Positions 24,466 to 35,411 of a stretch of 64,000 nucleotides of DNA are shown in pieces. This DNA comes from an uncultured Candidatus Saccharibacteria bacterium. GTDB taxonomy: Bacteria; Patescibacteriota; Minisyncoccia; Phycocordibacterales; UBA918. The stretch is taken from contig CAYGLK010000001.1 in assembly GCA_964350985.1 (NCBI GenBank), positions 158,636-222,635 on the forward strand. Direction: 5' to 3'. A program made the position numbers and the translations under genes. Every line of letters starts with the position of its first letter. Position 1 is the stretch's first letter. The notes beneath the pieces were generated by a model. It ran no database searches. It had not been told where the DNA came from and was given only the letters and a program-made list of their open reading frames with translations.

Positions 24466-27228
24466 ATGATAGAAGGAACACCACAACAGTTTTCTTCGGC
24501 AGAAGAAGAGTTGAAATATTTGCGCAATAAAGTAGCTGAGCGTGAGCGCGAGTTATTAATGCGCAATCCAGAAAGTGATCATTCTGATACCGAAACTATT
24601 GCCAGACAAGAGATCAGAGAATATTCCAGCTTTACTCCTAAGATGATTTTGGATCAAGAACACGCTTTAGATGAGCCGACTCTAGCCGCGTCAGTAGAAC
24701 AAATAGGAATCTCACATGATCCGGCTCAGGATATTATTGATTTGGCTGGAGAAAAAGGAATTAGGAATGCGTTGTCCGTCTTAGATAAAGTTGATAATCC
24801 TTATGTGATTGATGAAGTCCATCGTCGGTTAGTTGAGTTAATAAAAGGAGGAGCGCAAATACAAGATCTTAAAGAAGGAGTTGAACCTTGGCATATACTT
24901 CACATGACTCTATACGAAGTGACTTTGCCCGAAATCACTGGAGAAGGTGGTAAAGAATATCAGCTGTCTGAGCTTGTCGGTATGATGGAGCAACTTTTCG
25001 CTGGACTTAGAACTATCGGTGCAAATCAATCGGCAAATCATTTTGTGATTGAGTTGGCTGTGGCAGACAATAGTGACGATATCGTTTTTTATGTAGCCGT
25101 ACCAACCAAGTTCGTCTCACTGTTTGAAAAACAAACTCTTTCTCTTTTTCCTCATGCAGAGTTAGCAATCCAAGCCCATGACTACAATATCTTTGTCGAT
25201 CAGGGGACTACCTATGTGGCTGAAGCAAAACTCAAAAAGAATCCTATCTACCCACTTCGAACCGCGGATGGTTTTTCAGCTGATCCACTAGCAGTTATTT
25301 TAAATGCTTTCTCAAAGATTGAACGAGAAGGTGGTGGAGCAGCAGTGCAGTTTGTTATCCGTCATCCACAAAAGAAATATCGTAAGACCTACGAAGAGGT
25401 AATAAAAAATATTCAAAAAGGAATGAAAGCTAGTGAAGCGATATCTCGTAGTTCTATTGGAGGTGAGATTTTAGGATCAGTGTCAGACTTCCTGTTTAAG
25501 AAAGAGAAAAAAGATGAAGTTGATACGAGTTCAACAGATACTGACAAAATTGAAATATTCAATCGCAAAATAAAGACAGATTTAGTGGAGACAAATATTA
25601 GAATAGCTGTCTCAGCTCAGAATCCTGATCGAGCTGAACAAATTTTAACTGAGATTGAATCAACTTTTAATCAGTTTGATTTGGTAGAAGGTAATGCTTT
25701 TTCTTTTAAGCGAGCAAAGGGTAGTGCTCTAAAGCAGGCCCAGAAAGCCTTTTCTTTCCGTGAATTTAATAGGGGTGTCAATATACCTTTGTCTTTAAGT
25801 GAATTAGCGACGCTAATTCACTTCCCAAGCAATGGTATTAGTGGATCACCGCAGTTTAAACAGTCTCAGTCCAATACAGCCGCCGCACCAAACGACATGC
25901 CAACTAGCGGTACCATCTTGGGTATCAACAAACATAGAAATTCTGAGAAAGAGATTTATATGACCGAGCTTGATCGAATGCGTCACTTGTATGTCATTGG
26001 TCAAACAGGTACTGGTAAGTCAAAGTTTTTAACTAACTTGATCATTCAAGATATTCAAGCAGGAAACGGAGTTTGTATGATTGACCCTCACGGGACAGAT
26101 ATTGAAGATGTGCTGGGTGCGATACCGCCAGAGCGAGAAAAAGATGTAATTTACTTTGATCCTTCAAATCTAGACCACGTTGTTGGGTTAAACATGCTCG
26201 AGTATGACGAAAGTAAGCCAGAGCAGAAAACTTTTGTAGTCAATGAACTCTTCTCAATTTTTCAAAAACTTTATGGAGCCAATCCAGAAAGTATGGGGCC
26301 GATGTTTGAGCAGTATTTCCGTAACGCTACTTTACTCGTGATGGAAGACCCGTCTACTGGTAGTACTTTGATGGATATCTCCAGAGTAATGGTAGACGCT
26401 TCGTTTAGAAGAATGAAATTAGAAAAAGCTACTAACCCAGTAGTGGTTCAGTTTTGGAAAGAAATTGCGACTAAGGCGGGTGGGGAAGCAGCACTAGAAA
26501 ATATCGTTCCTTATATTGTGTCCAAGTTTGATGTATTTACTGCCAATGACTACATGCGTCCAATTATTGGACAGCAAAAATCCGCTTTCAACTTCAGGCA
26601 AGTAATGGATGAGCGAAAGATCTTGCTTGTAAATCTATCTAAGGGACGACTAGGAGAGATAAATGCCAATCTAATCGGAATGATTTTTGTAGGGAAGATT
26701 TTGATGGCAGCATTATCACGAGTAGATGATCCAACTAAAAGCTTTCCGCCTTTTTACTTACATATAGATGAGTTTCAAAACGTTTCTACTCCAGCTATCG
26801 CTTCGATTTTGTCTGAGGCCCGTAAGTACAAACTAAGTCTTACTGTAGCGCACCAGTTTATTGCGCAGCTAGATGAAAATATTCGTGATGCAGTTTTTGG
26901 TAACGTTGGTTCGATGGCTGCTTTCCGAGTTGGTTCGGAAGACGCTCAGTTCTTGGAGCAACAATTTTCTCCTGTCTTTGAAGCGAAGGATTTGATGAAT
27001 GTACCAAACTACAATGCCTTAGTCCGCATGTTGACAAATGGTACTCCAACCAAACCTTTCTCAATGGCCACCTTAGCTCCAATTGTATCTGACCCAGCAA
27101 GACTAGCTGAATTAATCAGACAAAGTGCTGAACGGTATGGACGACCACGAGCGGAAGTAGAAGCAGAGATTGCTGAGCGCTATGTAAAAAAGCCAATGAT
27201 GCCCCGAGACCCAAGTGCTATGATGTAG
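24466..27228 (+). CDS. VirB4/TraG(TrwB)/HerA-like ATPase
   Basis: RHLYVIGQTGTGKS Walker A, IDPHG, LHIDEFQN Walker B, EARKY, AHQFIAQL. Confidence 0.88.
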   Translation: MIEGTPQQFSSAEEELKYLRNKVAERERELLMRNPESDHSDTETIARQEIREYSSFTPKMILDQEHALDEPTLAASVEQIGISHDPAQDIIDLAGEKGIRNALSVLDKVDNPYVIDEVHRRLVELIKGGAQIQDLKEGVEPWHILHMTLYEVTLPEITGEGGKEYQLSELVGMMEQLFAGLRTIGANQSANHFVIELAVADNSDDIVFYVAVPTKFVSLFEKQTLSLFPHAELAIQAHDYNIFVDQGTTYVAEAKLKKNPIYPLRTADGFSADPLAVILNAFSKIEREGGGAAVQFVIRHPQKKYRKTYEEVIKNIQKGMKASEAISRSSIGGEILGSVSDFLFKKEKKDEVDTSSTDTDKIEIFNRKIKTDLVETNIRIAVSAQNPDRAEQILTEIESTFNQFDLVEGNAFSFKRAKGSALKQAQKAFSFREFNRGVNIPLSLSELATLIHFPSNGISGSPQFKQSQSNTAAAPNDMPTSGTILGINKHRNSEKEIYMTELDRMRHLYVIGQTGTGKSKFLTNLIIQDIQAGNGVCMIDPHGTDIEDVLGAIPPEREKDVIYFDPSNLDHVVGLNMLEYDESKPEQKTFVVNELFSIFQKLYGANPESMGPMFEQYFRNATLLVMEDPSTGSTLMDISRVMVDASFRRMKLEKATNPVVVQFWKEIATKAGGEAALENIVPYIVSKFDVFTANDYMRPIIGQQKSAFNFRQVMDERKILLVNLSKGRLGEINANLIGMIFVGKILMAALSRVDDPTKSFPPFYLHIDEFQNVSTPAIASILSEARKYKLSLTVAHQFIAQLDENIRDAVFGNVGSMAAFRVGSEDAQFLEQQFSPVFEAKDLMNVPNYNALVRMLTNGTPTKPFSMATLAPIVSDPARLAELIRQSAERYGRPRAEVEAEIAERYVKKPMMPRDPSAMM

Positions 27229-27236
27229 ATAATAAT

Positions 27237-29885
27237 ATGGAGAATGAACCCAAAATAATAAATTCCAAACCAGAAAAAATAAATCGTCGTGAATTCGTAG
27301 GGGATTTGTTGATAGATTTTTCTGAGTATGACGATGACGGACCTGCTTTTCGTAGTTTTGATTCCATAAAAGGTGTCGTTGAAGCAGAGCTCGAAAATAC
27401 AGGATTAGACCCAGATAAGATAGCTGTTTTCAAAAAAGAAGTCTTAGATCGTACTGGTTACCAGGTCAGACAATTTGGCGACAAGCTTGGTTATGAAGAA
27501 TTAAGGCAACTTTATAAAAGTCTGGCTCAGAATCTAGTCCAATTAATTGAACAAAATGATGAGACTGAGAAAAAGGATGAAATTAATAATATACCAGATA
27601 ACCTACCAGGTGCAGATGAAGTAGAAATCACTTTACCTAAAAAATATGAAGTATCTCAGGAATACAAAGACTGGCGAGAGAATCTAATTAGTGCTAAGAG
27701 AGCATATTCAGAAACAGAAAGTAAATATAATCTAGCTTTACAAAAGTATTACCATAACTCTGTTATTTCTGATCTGAGAAGAATTGGCTCAGGAGTCAAG
27801 GATATATTTGGACTGAAAACAAAATTATCTCCTGAATTAGATAATCTCAAAAAAGAATTAATTTTACACAGACAGCAATATGCAGAATCCCTAAGTGCTG
27901 TTTTGCAGGCTCGTGGACTTAAAAATTTTGATTACGAAAGTGAAAAAACAAAAATACATTTTGTTGAAAAATTTATCATAAAACCAAATAAGAAGCTGTT
28001 GGAATATCAAGAGAACAATCAGTCAAAAGAAAATAGGTCAATAACAGCTAATATTTTAGAAAGGTTTGCGGGAGGTTTTAATAAAAACAAACAATTGATT
28101 CGATATGGTGCGATGACGATCGGAATCACTGCGGCAGGCGTGGCTGCTGCTGCCGTTGCTCCAACAGCAGCGGTAGGGGCTTTCATAGGAGGAGCTTCTT
28201 TTAAGGCTTCTAAAATATTCGCTTCTTTATATCTTGGAGCTGAGGTAGGTGTTAAAACTCATAACGCTATGGGTAAATTTGTCACTAAAGCAGAGAATGA
28301 GTTTGGTAATACAGAAAAGAAGATTAAGTCTGACTTCAGTCTTGATAATCTTAGTCGTGATGCAGAAATTTATGAAAAAACCAAAAAAGATATTAGAGTC
28401 GCACAAAAGCGGCAAACTGCGGCTACGGTTTTTTCTGGTGTGGCAGCTGGTGGCGCAACATATGGTTTGGGTAATGTACTTGAGTCGCAATTTTCAGGTC
28501 CAGAAGTAAGTGAGAAAATTACTTGGGAAACTGATACAGATTTCGAAGCAGAAACAAATATGATTGAGACTCAACAGACACTGCCTGGAGTCCAGGTCAC
28601 ATTAGACAACAGCTCTTTTGGTGAAAGTAACTATCTAATCTCTAGCGAAATAGGATTTAACGGTTCAGAACTACCGGAAGATGCTAAAGAACAGCTGGAT
28701 GATTTGATTAAAAAAGAAGTTACAAAAGCTCATATAGACAACCATCACTTTAATATAGATAGACTTGAAGGTGTTTTACCAGGAGAATTAGAAAGAAAGT
28801 TCGGTAAAATGGATTGGTGGCCAGAAGGTGGAGTTGTTGTTGATTTAGAGGCAAGGGAAGTAAGTAACCCGTTAGAAAATAATGCTGAAGAGACACCTCC
28901 AGTGCAAGCTGATTTACACGAGCCCGAACCAGAAACAGAACCTGAACCTGAACCTGAACCTGAAGCAGTATCTGAGCCTGAAAGTGCTGATATTCATGTA
29001 GTAGAAGAACTAGATACTTTATCTAAAATTGTAAATGATCATTTCAGGACCCAGTTAGATCAATTACCTAAAGAAGATTACAATAAAGTGCTTTATGAGT
29101 TATTGGATCGGGTAAAAGAAGACTCAGATTTGCGAGAATCTTTAGGGATGAGAAGCACTAACATAAATGAAATTTTTGTTGGTGAGGAATTAAATTTGTC
29201 TAGCTTAGATGCTGAATTTGCGGATATTATTTCTGAAGACAATCAGGTTGGAGCTCCAGAGGTTGAAACTGTTGAAAGTCCAAAAGTCGATGCAAATAAA
29301 TTTTACACCGGGGATATAGAACTTGAATCGACGGCTGCGCTCGAAGTAGATGATTCAAGGGTGTCAGATTCTGCTGAGACCATACCTTCTAGTGTAGAAA
29401 ATGAAGCAAAGTATACGCAGACAAACTATGAAGTTGAGCGATTAGTTCCACCTACCGGCAACTTTCCAATATCTGGTCAGTATTTAAATGATCCTGCATA
29501 CGTTGAATATAGGCAACAAATATTCCCAGACGAGAAATCTTTCCTTAAAGCAGTAGATCAATCTGCAAAGCTAATAGATAATTCTACCAGTGGTTTCCTG
29601 GATCGGTTTTTTGGAGAAAGTTATAAGAGTCCTTACGAAGTAATGTCATCTATGACTTTGTCTGAACTAGAAGAGCTAGAAGAAGCTCCGCGAGATCTTG
29701 CTCGAGGTTTTTGTGAGCAAAATAACCTCAAGTATGAATCTTACCGTAATTGGCAAGATCAGATTCAGCAAATGAAAGATCTTCCGCATCAGGACAGTAC
29801 GACCTTAAAAGATTTATTCTCTCGCCAGGTTGTACAAAATGCTGCGGAAAATTATGATCCTTTAAATAGAACAATAACTACATAA
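27237..29885 (+). CDS. Large hypothetical membrane protein with acidic stalk and LysM-like segment
   Basis: Ala/Gly-rich hydrophobic helices, EP repeats, HVVEELDTLSKI...NEIFVGEEL LysM-like pattern. Confidence 0.75.
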   Translation: MENEPKIINSKPEKINRREFVGDLLIDFSEYDDDGPAFRSFDSIKGVVEAELENTGLDPDKIAVFKKEVLDRTGYQVRQFGDKLGYEELRQLYKSLAQNLVQLIEQNDETEKKDEINNIPDNLPGADEVEITLPKKYEVSQEYKDWRENLISAKRAYSETESKYNLALQKYYHNSVISDLRRIGSGVKDIFGLKTKLSPELDNLKKELILHRQQYAESLSAVLQARGLKNFDYESEKTKIHFVEKFIIKPNKKLLEYQENNQSKENRSITANILERFAGGFNKNKQLIRYGAMTIGITAAGVAAAAVAPTAAVGAFIGGASFKASKIFASLYLGAEVGVKTHNAMGKFVTKAENEFGNTEKKIKSDFSLDNLSRDAEIYEKTKKDIRVAQKRQTAATVFSGVAAGGATYGLGNVLESQFSGPEVSEKITWETDTDFEAETNMIETQQTLPGVQVTLDNSSFGESNYLISSEIGFNGSELPEDAKEQLDDLIKKEVTKAHIDNHHFNIDRLEGVLPGELERKFGKMDWWPEGGVVVDLEAREVSNPLENNAEETPPVQADLHEPEPETEPEPEPEPEAVSEPESADIHVVEELDTLSKIVNDHFRTQLDQLPKEDYNKVLYELLDRVKEDSDLRESLGMRSTNINEIFVGEELNLSSLDAEFADIISEDNQVGAPEVETVESPKVDANKFYTGDIELESTAALEVDDSRVSDSAETIPSSVENEAKYTQTNYEVERLVPPTGNFPISGQYLNDPAYVEYRQQIFPDEKSFLKAVDQSAKLIDNSTSGFLDRFFGESYKSPYEVMSSMTLSELEELEEAPRDLARGFCEQNNLKYESYRNWQDQIQQMKDLPHQDSTTLKDLFSRQVVQNAAENYDPLNRTITT
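28938..28961 (+). repeat. (GAACCT)x4 in-frame hexanucleotide repeat
   Basis: Encodes an EPEPEPEP linker. Confidence 0.85.
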
Positions 29886-29888
29886 TGT

Positions 29889-30188
29889 ATGATAGACGAA
29901 ACTAATGACAACCTTCCGCCAATAATGCCAGATCTCTCTGAAGATGAACAAAACGCTTTCTTAGAAGAGGTTGGTACTTTGATTTTTAAAAGCACAGTGA
30001 TGCGTTATCTTTCGGTGTTATCTCCAGAGCAAGCGCAAGTTTTTGAAACTTTTGTAAAAGTGCATTCTGAGTCAGATAATTTTATTGAAGAACTGTCTAA
30101 ACAGTATCCAGAATTTAAAATACTACTAGACGAAGAGATGGAAGCGTTCAATAATGAACTTGGAGAAAATAATACACAGAAACTTTAA
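29889..30188 (+). CDS. Small acidic hypothetical protein
   Basis: 99 aa ORF in an operon-like position. Confidence 0.75.
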   Translation: MIDETNDNLPPIMPDLSEDEQNAFLEEVGTLIFKSTVMRYLSVLSPEQAQVFETFVKVHSESDNFIEELSKQYPEFKILLDEEMEAFNNELGENNTQKL

Positions 30189-30225
30189 TGCTTAGCAGAG
30201 AGCGGGGTGTTATGATGTAGAAGTT

Positions 30226-31761
30226 ATGGACTCAAATAGTTCTTTAGGTTTTGATCTTAATTCTCAAAAAGGAGTTGCAGTTCTTTTGGCATCTTTACGT
30301 GCTAGTGATTTGACTGGTGCTCAAAAAAACGAGATTCGTGATTTAATTTTTTCATATACAAATGGTGGAGGAGACGTTTCAATAAAAATTGCTTTAGAAC
30401 AAAAACTACGCGCACACAATATTAAACCTGTTAGTCCAGTTGGTGGCGCTCAAACTTCAGCTGCAAAAATAGCACCTACACCGGTGTTGCCGTTTGGTAG
30501 TTCAAGGCCGTCTCCAGTCTTTAAGGTGCCCGTTTTTTCAAATGCTAATTCCAAACCATCACCAGCGCCAACTGAGCAAAAAACAGCACCAGAAATTAAA
30601 AAAGCTGAACCAGCTCCAGTAGTAGAGAAGAAAAATGAAGAAGTAAAAATACCAACTCCAACTCCAACCCCGCAGTCAAGGCCAGAACCTAAACCAGCGG
30701 CTACAAAAGTTGAGGTAAAGCCAGTAGTAAATGGCAGTAGTGTTGCTAATTCTAATGACTATATAGATAGAATTCGAGAAATAAAAAGTGCTGTTAACAG
30801 CAAGGTTGGTAATCCGGTAAATCTAGTAGATATAGACAACGAAGTTGGTCGTGAATACATGAATGCTCTACTTGAAGCGATGAAGCGTTTGAGCGGAGGA
30901 GCGTCTGGACAAATGGAGGCAGCTATGAAGAGACTAGAAACAGCTTTTTCTGCGGTTGAAAAAGCTGTAGAAGGACACAAACCAAAGGCTGACGTACCTC
31001 AAGTAGAACCAGCTCGTCCAATAACTCCAGCACCTGCACCTACCCACACTCAAGCGCCAGCGCCAAAACCAACAGCTCCAGAAGTAGATACATCACCGGT
31101 CTTGGGAAGTAATTTTGCAAGTGCTCCAAAACCTCCATCAATACCCACACCCACAGCTCCGGCTTCAAAACCACTTCCACCTCCTCCACCTCCTCCACAA
31201 ACCCAACCAAAGACAGAGCAAAAAAAAACTGATAGCGAATCAAACCCTTGGCAAGCAGCTAGAGAAACAGTTGCTGCAGCAGCAGTCGCTACACCACCTC
31301 CAGTAAAACCTGTAGCACAAGCACAAAGCCAAGCTCAAACTTATCAGGCTAAGTCTATCTTGGGGGAAGACCGTCTTGCTACACCAGCAGACCTTCCACT
31401 TAAACATGCTTCTGATACTAGTGATTCAACAGACCCTCTTTATAGTAATGAAGTAAATACTGGCCTTGATCAACTACTCTCTGACTGGAGTCTGTTTAAG
31501 AAAAGTGGGTTGTTTGGAACTGGCCCAAAAGGGAAAGACCACCCATTGTTTGTTAAGATTGCTGGACTCCAAATACCGCTACTATTAGCAGGACGCTTTG
31601 AAGGATCAACTCAAGAAATAAAACAGAGTATTACAGACTATATGAATGGTTGGCGCTATGAACAGGGAATTATCTACGAAAAAGGCGAGACTTTTGAGCG
31701 TTATCTAAGACGAGTCATTAAACTGATTCTAGATTTACAAAAAAAGCGCATACCTTCATAA
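30226..31761 (+). CDS. Proline-rich hypothetical protein
   Basis: Three globular segments separated by Pro/Ala linkers. Confidence 0.8.
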   Translation: MDSNSSLGFDLNSQKGVAVLLASLRASDLTGAQKNEIRDLIFSYTNGGGDVSIKIALEQKLRAHNIKPVSPVGGAQTSAAKIAPTPVLPFGSSRPSPVFKVPVFSNANSKPSPAPTEQKTAPEIKKAEPAPVVEKKNEEVKIPTPTPTPQSRPEPKPAATKVEVKPVVNGSSVANSNDYIDRIREIKSAVNSKVGNPVNLVDIDNEVGREYMNALLEAMKRLSGGASGQMEAAMKRLETAFSAVEKAVEGHKPKADVPQVEPARPITPAPAPTHTQAPAPKPTAPEVDTSPVLGSNFASAPKPPSIPTPTAPASKPLPPPPPPPQTQPKTEQKKTDSESNPWQAARETVAAAAVATPPPVKPVAQAQSQAQTYQAKSILGEDRLATPADLPLKHASDTSDSTDPLYSNEVNTGLDQLLSDWSLFKKSGLFGTGPKGKDHPLFVKIAGLQIPLLLAGRFEGSTQEIKQSITDYMNGWRYEQGIIYEKGETFERYLRRVIKLILDLQKKRIPS

Positions 31762-31765
31762 TAGG

Positions 31766-32386
31766 ATGATGTTAGATCATCATGCCTATCTATATCGACT
31801 CAAAGAAGTTGATATAACTAAAGTTACTCAAGCTGTAGAGAAATTTGAAATAAATGAAATCGAAAAGTTTGATCTAAGTAATTTTGGTATTGACGATTCA
31901 AGAGCGCTAGTAGAAACTGCTTACAAAAGACCAAATTCAGGAGAGAAAAAATTAATCATTGTCGCTTTAAAGAATATTACAGTTGAAGCACAGCAGGCTT
32001 TGCTTAAAATCCTCGAAGAGCCTCCAAAAACTGCCGTCTTTGTATTTTGTGTACCAGTAAGTTTATATCTTCTACCGACTCTTTTATCTCGTTTTTATAT
32101 AGATCAAGAGTTTGAATTTTTAGATCTAGAGAATGACCAACCTAACTTCTTAAGTTTTAAAACTCTCTCCAGAGCAGAAAGGATTACCGAAGTTACAGCC
32201 AGAATGACAGCTAAAGATACAGATTGGGTTGCTTCAATCAAGGCTGGTCTCATTAGTTACTTGTCTACTCAATCTTCCACAGACAAAGCTGATAATGGGG
32301 AAGTGTTGCTTTGGATCGCTAAGCATCTTCAGACCAGAGGCGCTTCAAATAAGCATCTTTTGGAAGAACTGGCTTTGACACTTTAA
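31766..32386 (+). CDS. holB: DNA polymerase III delta'-like subunit (short)
   Basis: FGIDDSR, ITVEAQQALLKILEEPP, LLPTLLSR. Confidence 0.8.
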   Translation: MMLDHHAYLYRLKEVDITKVTQAVEKFEINEIEKFDLSNFGIDDSRALVETAYKRPNSGEKKLIIVALKNITVEAQQALLKILEEPPKTAVFVFCVPVSLYLLPTLLSRFYIDQEFEFLDLENDQPNFLSFKTLSRAERITEVTARMTAKDTDWVASIKAGLISYLSTQSSTDKADNGEVLLWIAKHLQTRGASNKHLLEELALTL

Positions 32387-32446
32387 GTCAGCTGCAGAAA
32401 AATGAGAAAATGTTACACTGTATTAAATTGATAAAATAATGTTTTT

Positions 32447-32989
32447 ATGAACCCGGAAATTAAAAAAAGACTAGATGAGGTCGTGGTGTGGTTACAAAAA
32501 GAATACTTAGGAATTAGAACTGGACAAGCTAGTCCTAGCTTGCTTGATTCAGTAAAAGTTGAGACTTATGGATCTTTTTTACCAATTCAGCAAGTTGGAT
32601 CTGTTGGGATTGAGGACGCCCGAACTATCCGTGTCTCAGTATGGGACGTTAGTCAGGTAGCTGCAGTAGAGAAGGCTATTAGAGACGCTGACTTGGGTGT
32701 TTCTGTTGTCGGGGATTCTTCTGGTTTACGAGTTATTTTTCCTGAGTTAACTAGCGAGAGAAGAGTTCAGTTACTGAAGTTGGCCAAAGCGAAGTTAGAG
32801 GATAGTCGTATCTCTGTTCGAGCTGTGCGTGACGAAGAAATGAAAGAACTAGAAAGAGCTTTTAAAGCAAATGAGTTTGGTGAGGATGAAAAATTCACTC
32901 GTAAAGAACAGATTCAAAAGAATGTTGAAGAGACAAATTCAAAACTAGAAAGTCTGTTTATGAGTAAAGAACGAGAGCTTCAGCAATAG
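32447..32989 (+). CDS. frr: Ribosome recycling factor
   Basis: IRTGQASPSLLD, PELTSERR, RISVRAVR. Confidence 0.95.
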   Translation: MNPEIKKRLDEVVVWLQKEYLGIRTGQASPSLLDSVKVETYGSFLPIQQVGSVGIEDARTIRVSVWDVSQVAAVEKAIRDADLGVSVVGDSSGLRVIFPELTSERRVQLLKLAKAKLEDSRISVRAVRDEEMKELERAFKANEFGEDEKFTRKEQIQKNVEETNSKLESLFMSKERELQQ

Positions 32990-32998
32990 GTTAGTTAT

Positions 32999-34099
32999 AT
33001 GTCAATTATTATATTTTTTCTCGTTCTCTTTGTTTTGATTTTGGTCCATGAATGGGGGCATTACATTACTGCTAAAAAAACCGGCATGCGAGTTGATGAG
33101 TTTGGTATTGGTTTTCCACCAAAACTCTTTGGTATTAAAAAAGGAGAAACTGAATACACTTTTAATGCTCTACCGATAGGTGGTTTTGTGAGAATATTTG
33201 GCGAGAATCCAGAAGCTTTACTCGATGAGGAACAGTCCGATAAAGATCGCTCTTTTGGTTCTAGACCACTTTGGGCACAAGCTGTCGTTTTAGTGGCTGG
33301 AGTTACCATGAACGTGATCTTTGCTTGGTTTCTGTTTGTCATTACTTTTATGATCGGTGTACCGACGGCTGTTGAGGAGAGCACAGCTTCAGATGAAGCT
33401 GTCTTATATGTATCTGGTGTTTTAGCTAGCAGTCCACTCTCTGGTCAAATTCCTCCTGGTTCAGAGATTGTGAGCCTCGCTAGTAGCCAAGGAGAATTAA
33501 TGGCACCAAGCCCAAGTCAATTTAGTGAGTTTATTCAAAACAGTGCTGACGAAGAAGTTGAAATTACTTACAAATCAAATGAAGTTGAGAGTACTATCAG
33601 CGTACAACCGGTATCAGGACTAATAGAAGGTGATCAAGAGAAAGCAGCTGTTGGTGTTGCCTTAGCTTATGTAGAGACGAGAAATTATTCTTTTCTTGAA
33701 TCGCTTGTAGCAGCAAGTTCAGCTACCTATAATGGACTAATAAACATTACTGTCGGTCTTGGTACACTCTTAGCTAATACTTTCATGGGAACAGCTGACT
33801 TTTCTCAAGTAGCTGGTCCAGTAGGAATTGTTGGTATGGTGGGTGATGCTGCTGCTTTTGGTTTGACAGCTCTTCTGACTTTCACGGCCATGATTTCACT
33901 TAACTTAGCGGTAATAAACTTACTTCCAATTCCAGCTCTGGATGGCGGTCGTTTAGTTTTTGTCGCTTATGAAGCTATAACTTCAAAGAAATTAAACCCA
34001 GTCTGGGTAGGGCGAATGAACTTAATTGGCTTTGTATTACTAATGGCTTTGATGATTGCAGTGACTTATAGCGACGTTCTCAGAATTATTAATTCCTAG
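32999..34099 (+). CDS. rseP: RIP metalloprotease (M50)
   Basis: HEWGH, GGFVRI, NLLPIPALDGG. Confidence 0.95.
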   Translation: MSIIIFFLVLFVLILVHEWGHYITAKKTGMRVDEFGIGFPPKLFGIKKGETEYTFNALPIGGFVRIFGENPEALLDEEQSDKDRSFGSRPLWAQAVVLVAGVTMNVIFAWFLFVITFMIGVPTAVEESTASDEAVLYVSGVLASSPLSGQIPPGSEIVSLASSQGELMAPSPSQFSEFIQNSADEEVEITYKSNEVESTISVQPVSGLIEGDQEKAAVGVALAYVETRNYSFLESLVAASSATYNGLINITVGLGTLLANTFMGTADFSQVAGPVGIVGMVGDAAAFGLTALLTFTAMISLNLAVINLLPIPALDGGRLVFVAYEAITSKKLNPVWVGRMNLIGFVLLMALMIAVTYSDVLRIINS

Positions 34100-34131
34100 A
34101 AGTATTATTAGATTTCTTTAACTTATTATTT

Positions 34132-35397
34132 ATGCGACAGTCACAACTATTTACCAAGACAAGAAAAGAGGCTCCAGCTGATGAGGTGTCAAAAAATGCA
34201 CAACTCTTGATCAGAGCTGGTTATATTTCTAAAGAAATGGCTGGGGTGTACGCATACTTACCGCTAGGTTTAAGAGTACAAGAAAAAATAAAACAAATAG
34301 TTAGAGAAGAAATGGATGCTATCGGTGGCCAAGAGCTGATCATGACTGCGCTACAAAATAAGCAGATCTGGGAACAGACTGGGCGTTGGGACGATAAGGC
34401 TGTTGATGTTTGGTTTAAGTCAGAATTAAATGCCGGTGGTGAAGTTGGTTTTGGCTGGAGTCATGAAGAACCAATCGGTAACATGATGAAGACTTACATC
34501 AGTAGTTACAAAGATTTACCAAAAACTGTCTATCAGTTTCAAACTAAACTCCGCAATGAATTAAGAGCAAAAAGTGGCATTATGCGCGGCCGGGAGTTCG
34601 TCATGAAAGATGCTTACTCATTTTCTGTGGGCGAAGAAGACCATAATGTTATCTACGAAGCGATGAAAGTTTCTTATATGAATGTTTTTAGGCGAACAGG
34701 AGTAGGTGATGACACCTTCATTACTTTTGCTTCAGGTGGAGCTTTCACGGAGTTCAGTCATGAATTTCAAACTATTTGTGACGCAGGGGAAGATATTTGT
34801 TATGTTTCAAAAGAAAAAAACATCGCTATTAATGAGGAGGTATATTCACCGGAGACTTTAAAGGAGCTCGGAGTTAGCGAGTCAGAATTAGAAAAAACTA
34901 GCACTGCAGAAGTTGGTAACATCTTCAATTTCGGCAGACAAAAAGGTGAAGATATCGGACTTCATTACAAAAATGAAGCAGGAGAAAATGTGGCTGTTTG
35001 GATGGGTTCATACGGAATTGGAATTACTAGACTCATGGGTGTGATCGCTGAAAAATTTGCTGACGAAAAGGGATTAGTATGGCCAGAGAGCATCGCTCCA
35101 TTTAAGGTTCATTTAGTAGCTTTAAATACTGATAACCAAGAACTGGTTGACTGGGCTGATGGTCTTTATACTTCTCTTAAAGAAAAGGGAGTTGAGGTTC
35201 TATACGATGACCGTGATGCTAGGGCCGGGGAAAAGTTTGCTGACAGTGACTTGATCGGTATCCCTTACCGGATTGTGGCTAGCAAAAAGAATAAAGAGGA
35301 GGGAAAATTTGAGGTTGTCACACGAGCTACTGGTGAAGTTAGAAACTTAACTGAAGAGGAAATATTTACTGATTTTGATAGTAATCCAGATACGTAG
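34132..35397 (+). CDS. proS: Proline--tRNA ligase (short, no editing domain)
   Basis: LLIRAGY, RNELRAKSGIMRGREF, MGSYGIG, anticodon-binding domain. Confidence 0.93.
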   Translation: MRQSQLFTKTRKEAPADEVSKNAQLLIRAGYISKEMAGVYAYLPLGLRVQEKIKQIVREEMDAIGGQELIMTALQNKQIWEQTGRWDDKAVDVWFKSELNAGGEVGFGWSHEEPIGNMMKTYISSYKDLPKTVYQFQTKLRNELRAKSGIMRGREFVMKDAYSFSVGEEDHNVIYEAMKVSYMNVFRRTGVGDDTFITFASGGAFTEFSHEFQTICDAGEDICYVSKEKNIAINEEVYSPETLKELGVSESELEKTSTAEVGNIFNFGRQKGEDIGLHYKNEAGENVAVWMGSYGIGITRLMGVIAEKFADEKGLVWPESIAPFKVHLVALNTDNQELVDWADGLYTSLKEKGVEVLYDDRDARAGEKFADSDLIGIPYRIVASKKNKEEGKFEVVTRATGEVRNLTEEEIFTDFDSNPDT

Positions 35398-35411
35398 TAC
35401 AATCCTTACCC

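Noticed and set aside
30600-31330. CCA/CCT-rich low-complexity DNA as a repeat element
   Set aside because: Simply encodes Pro-rich linkers of the 30226 ORF.
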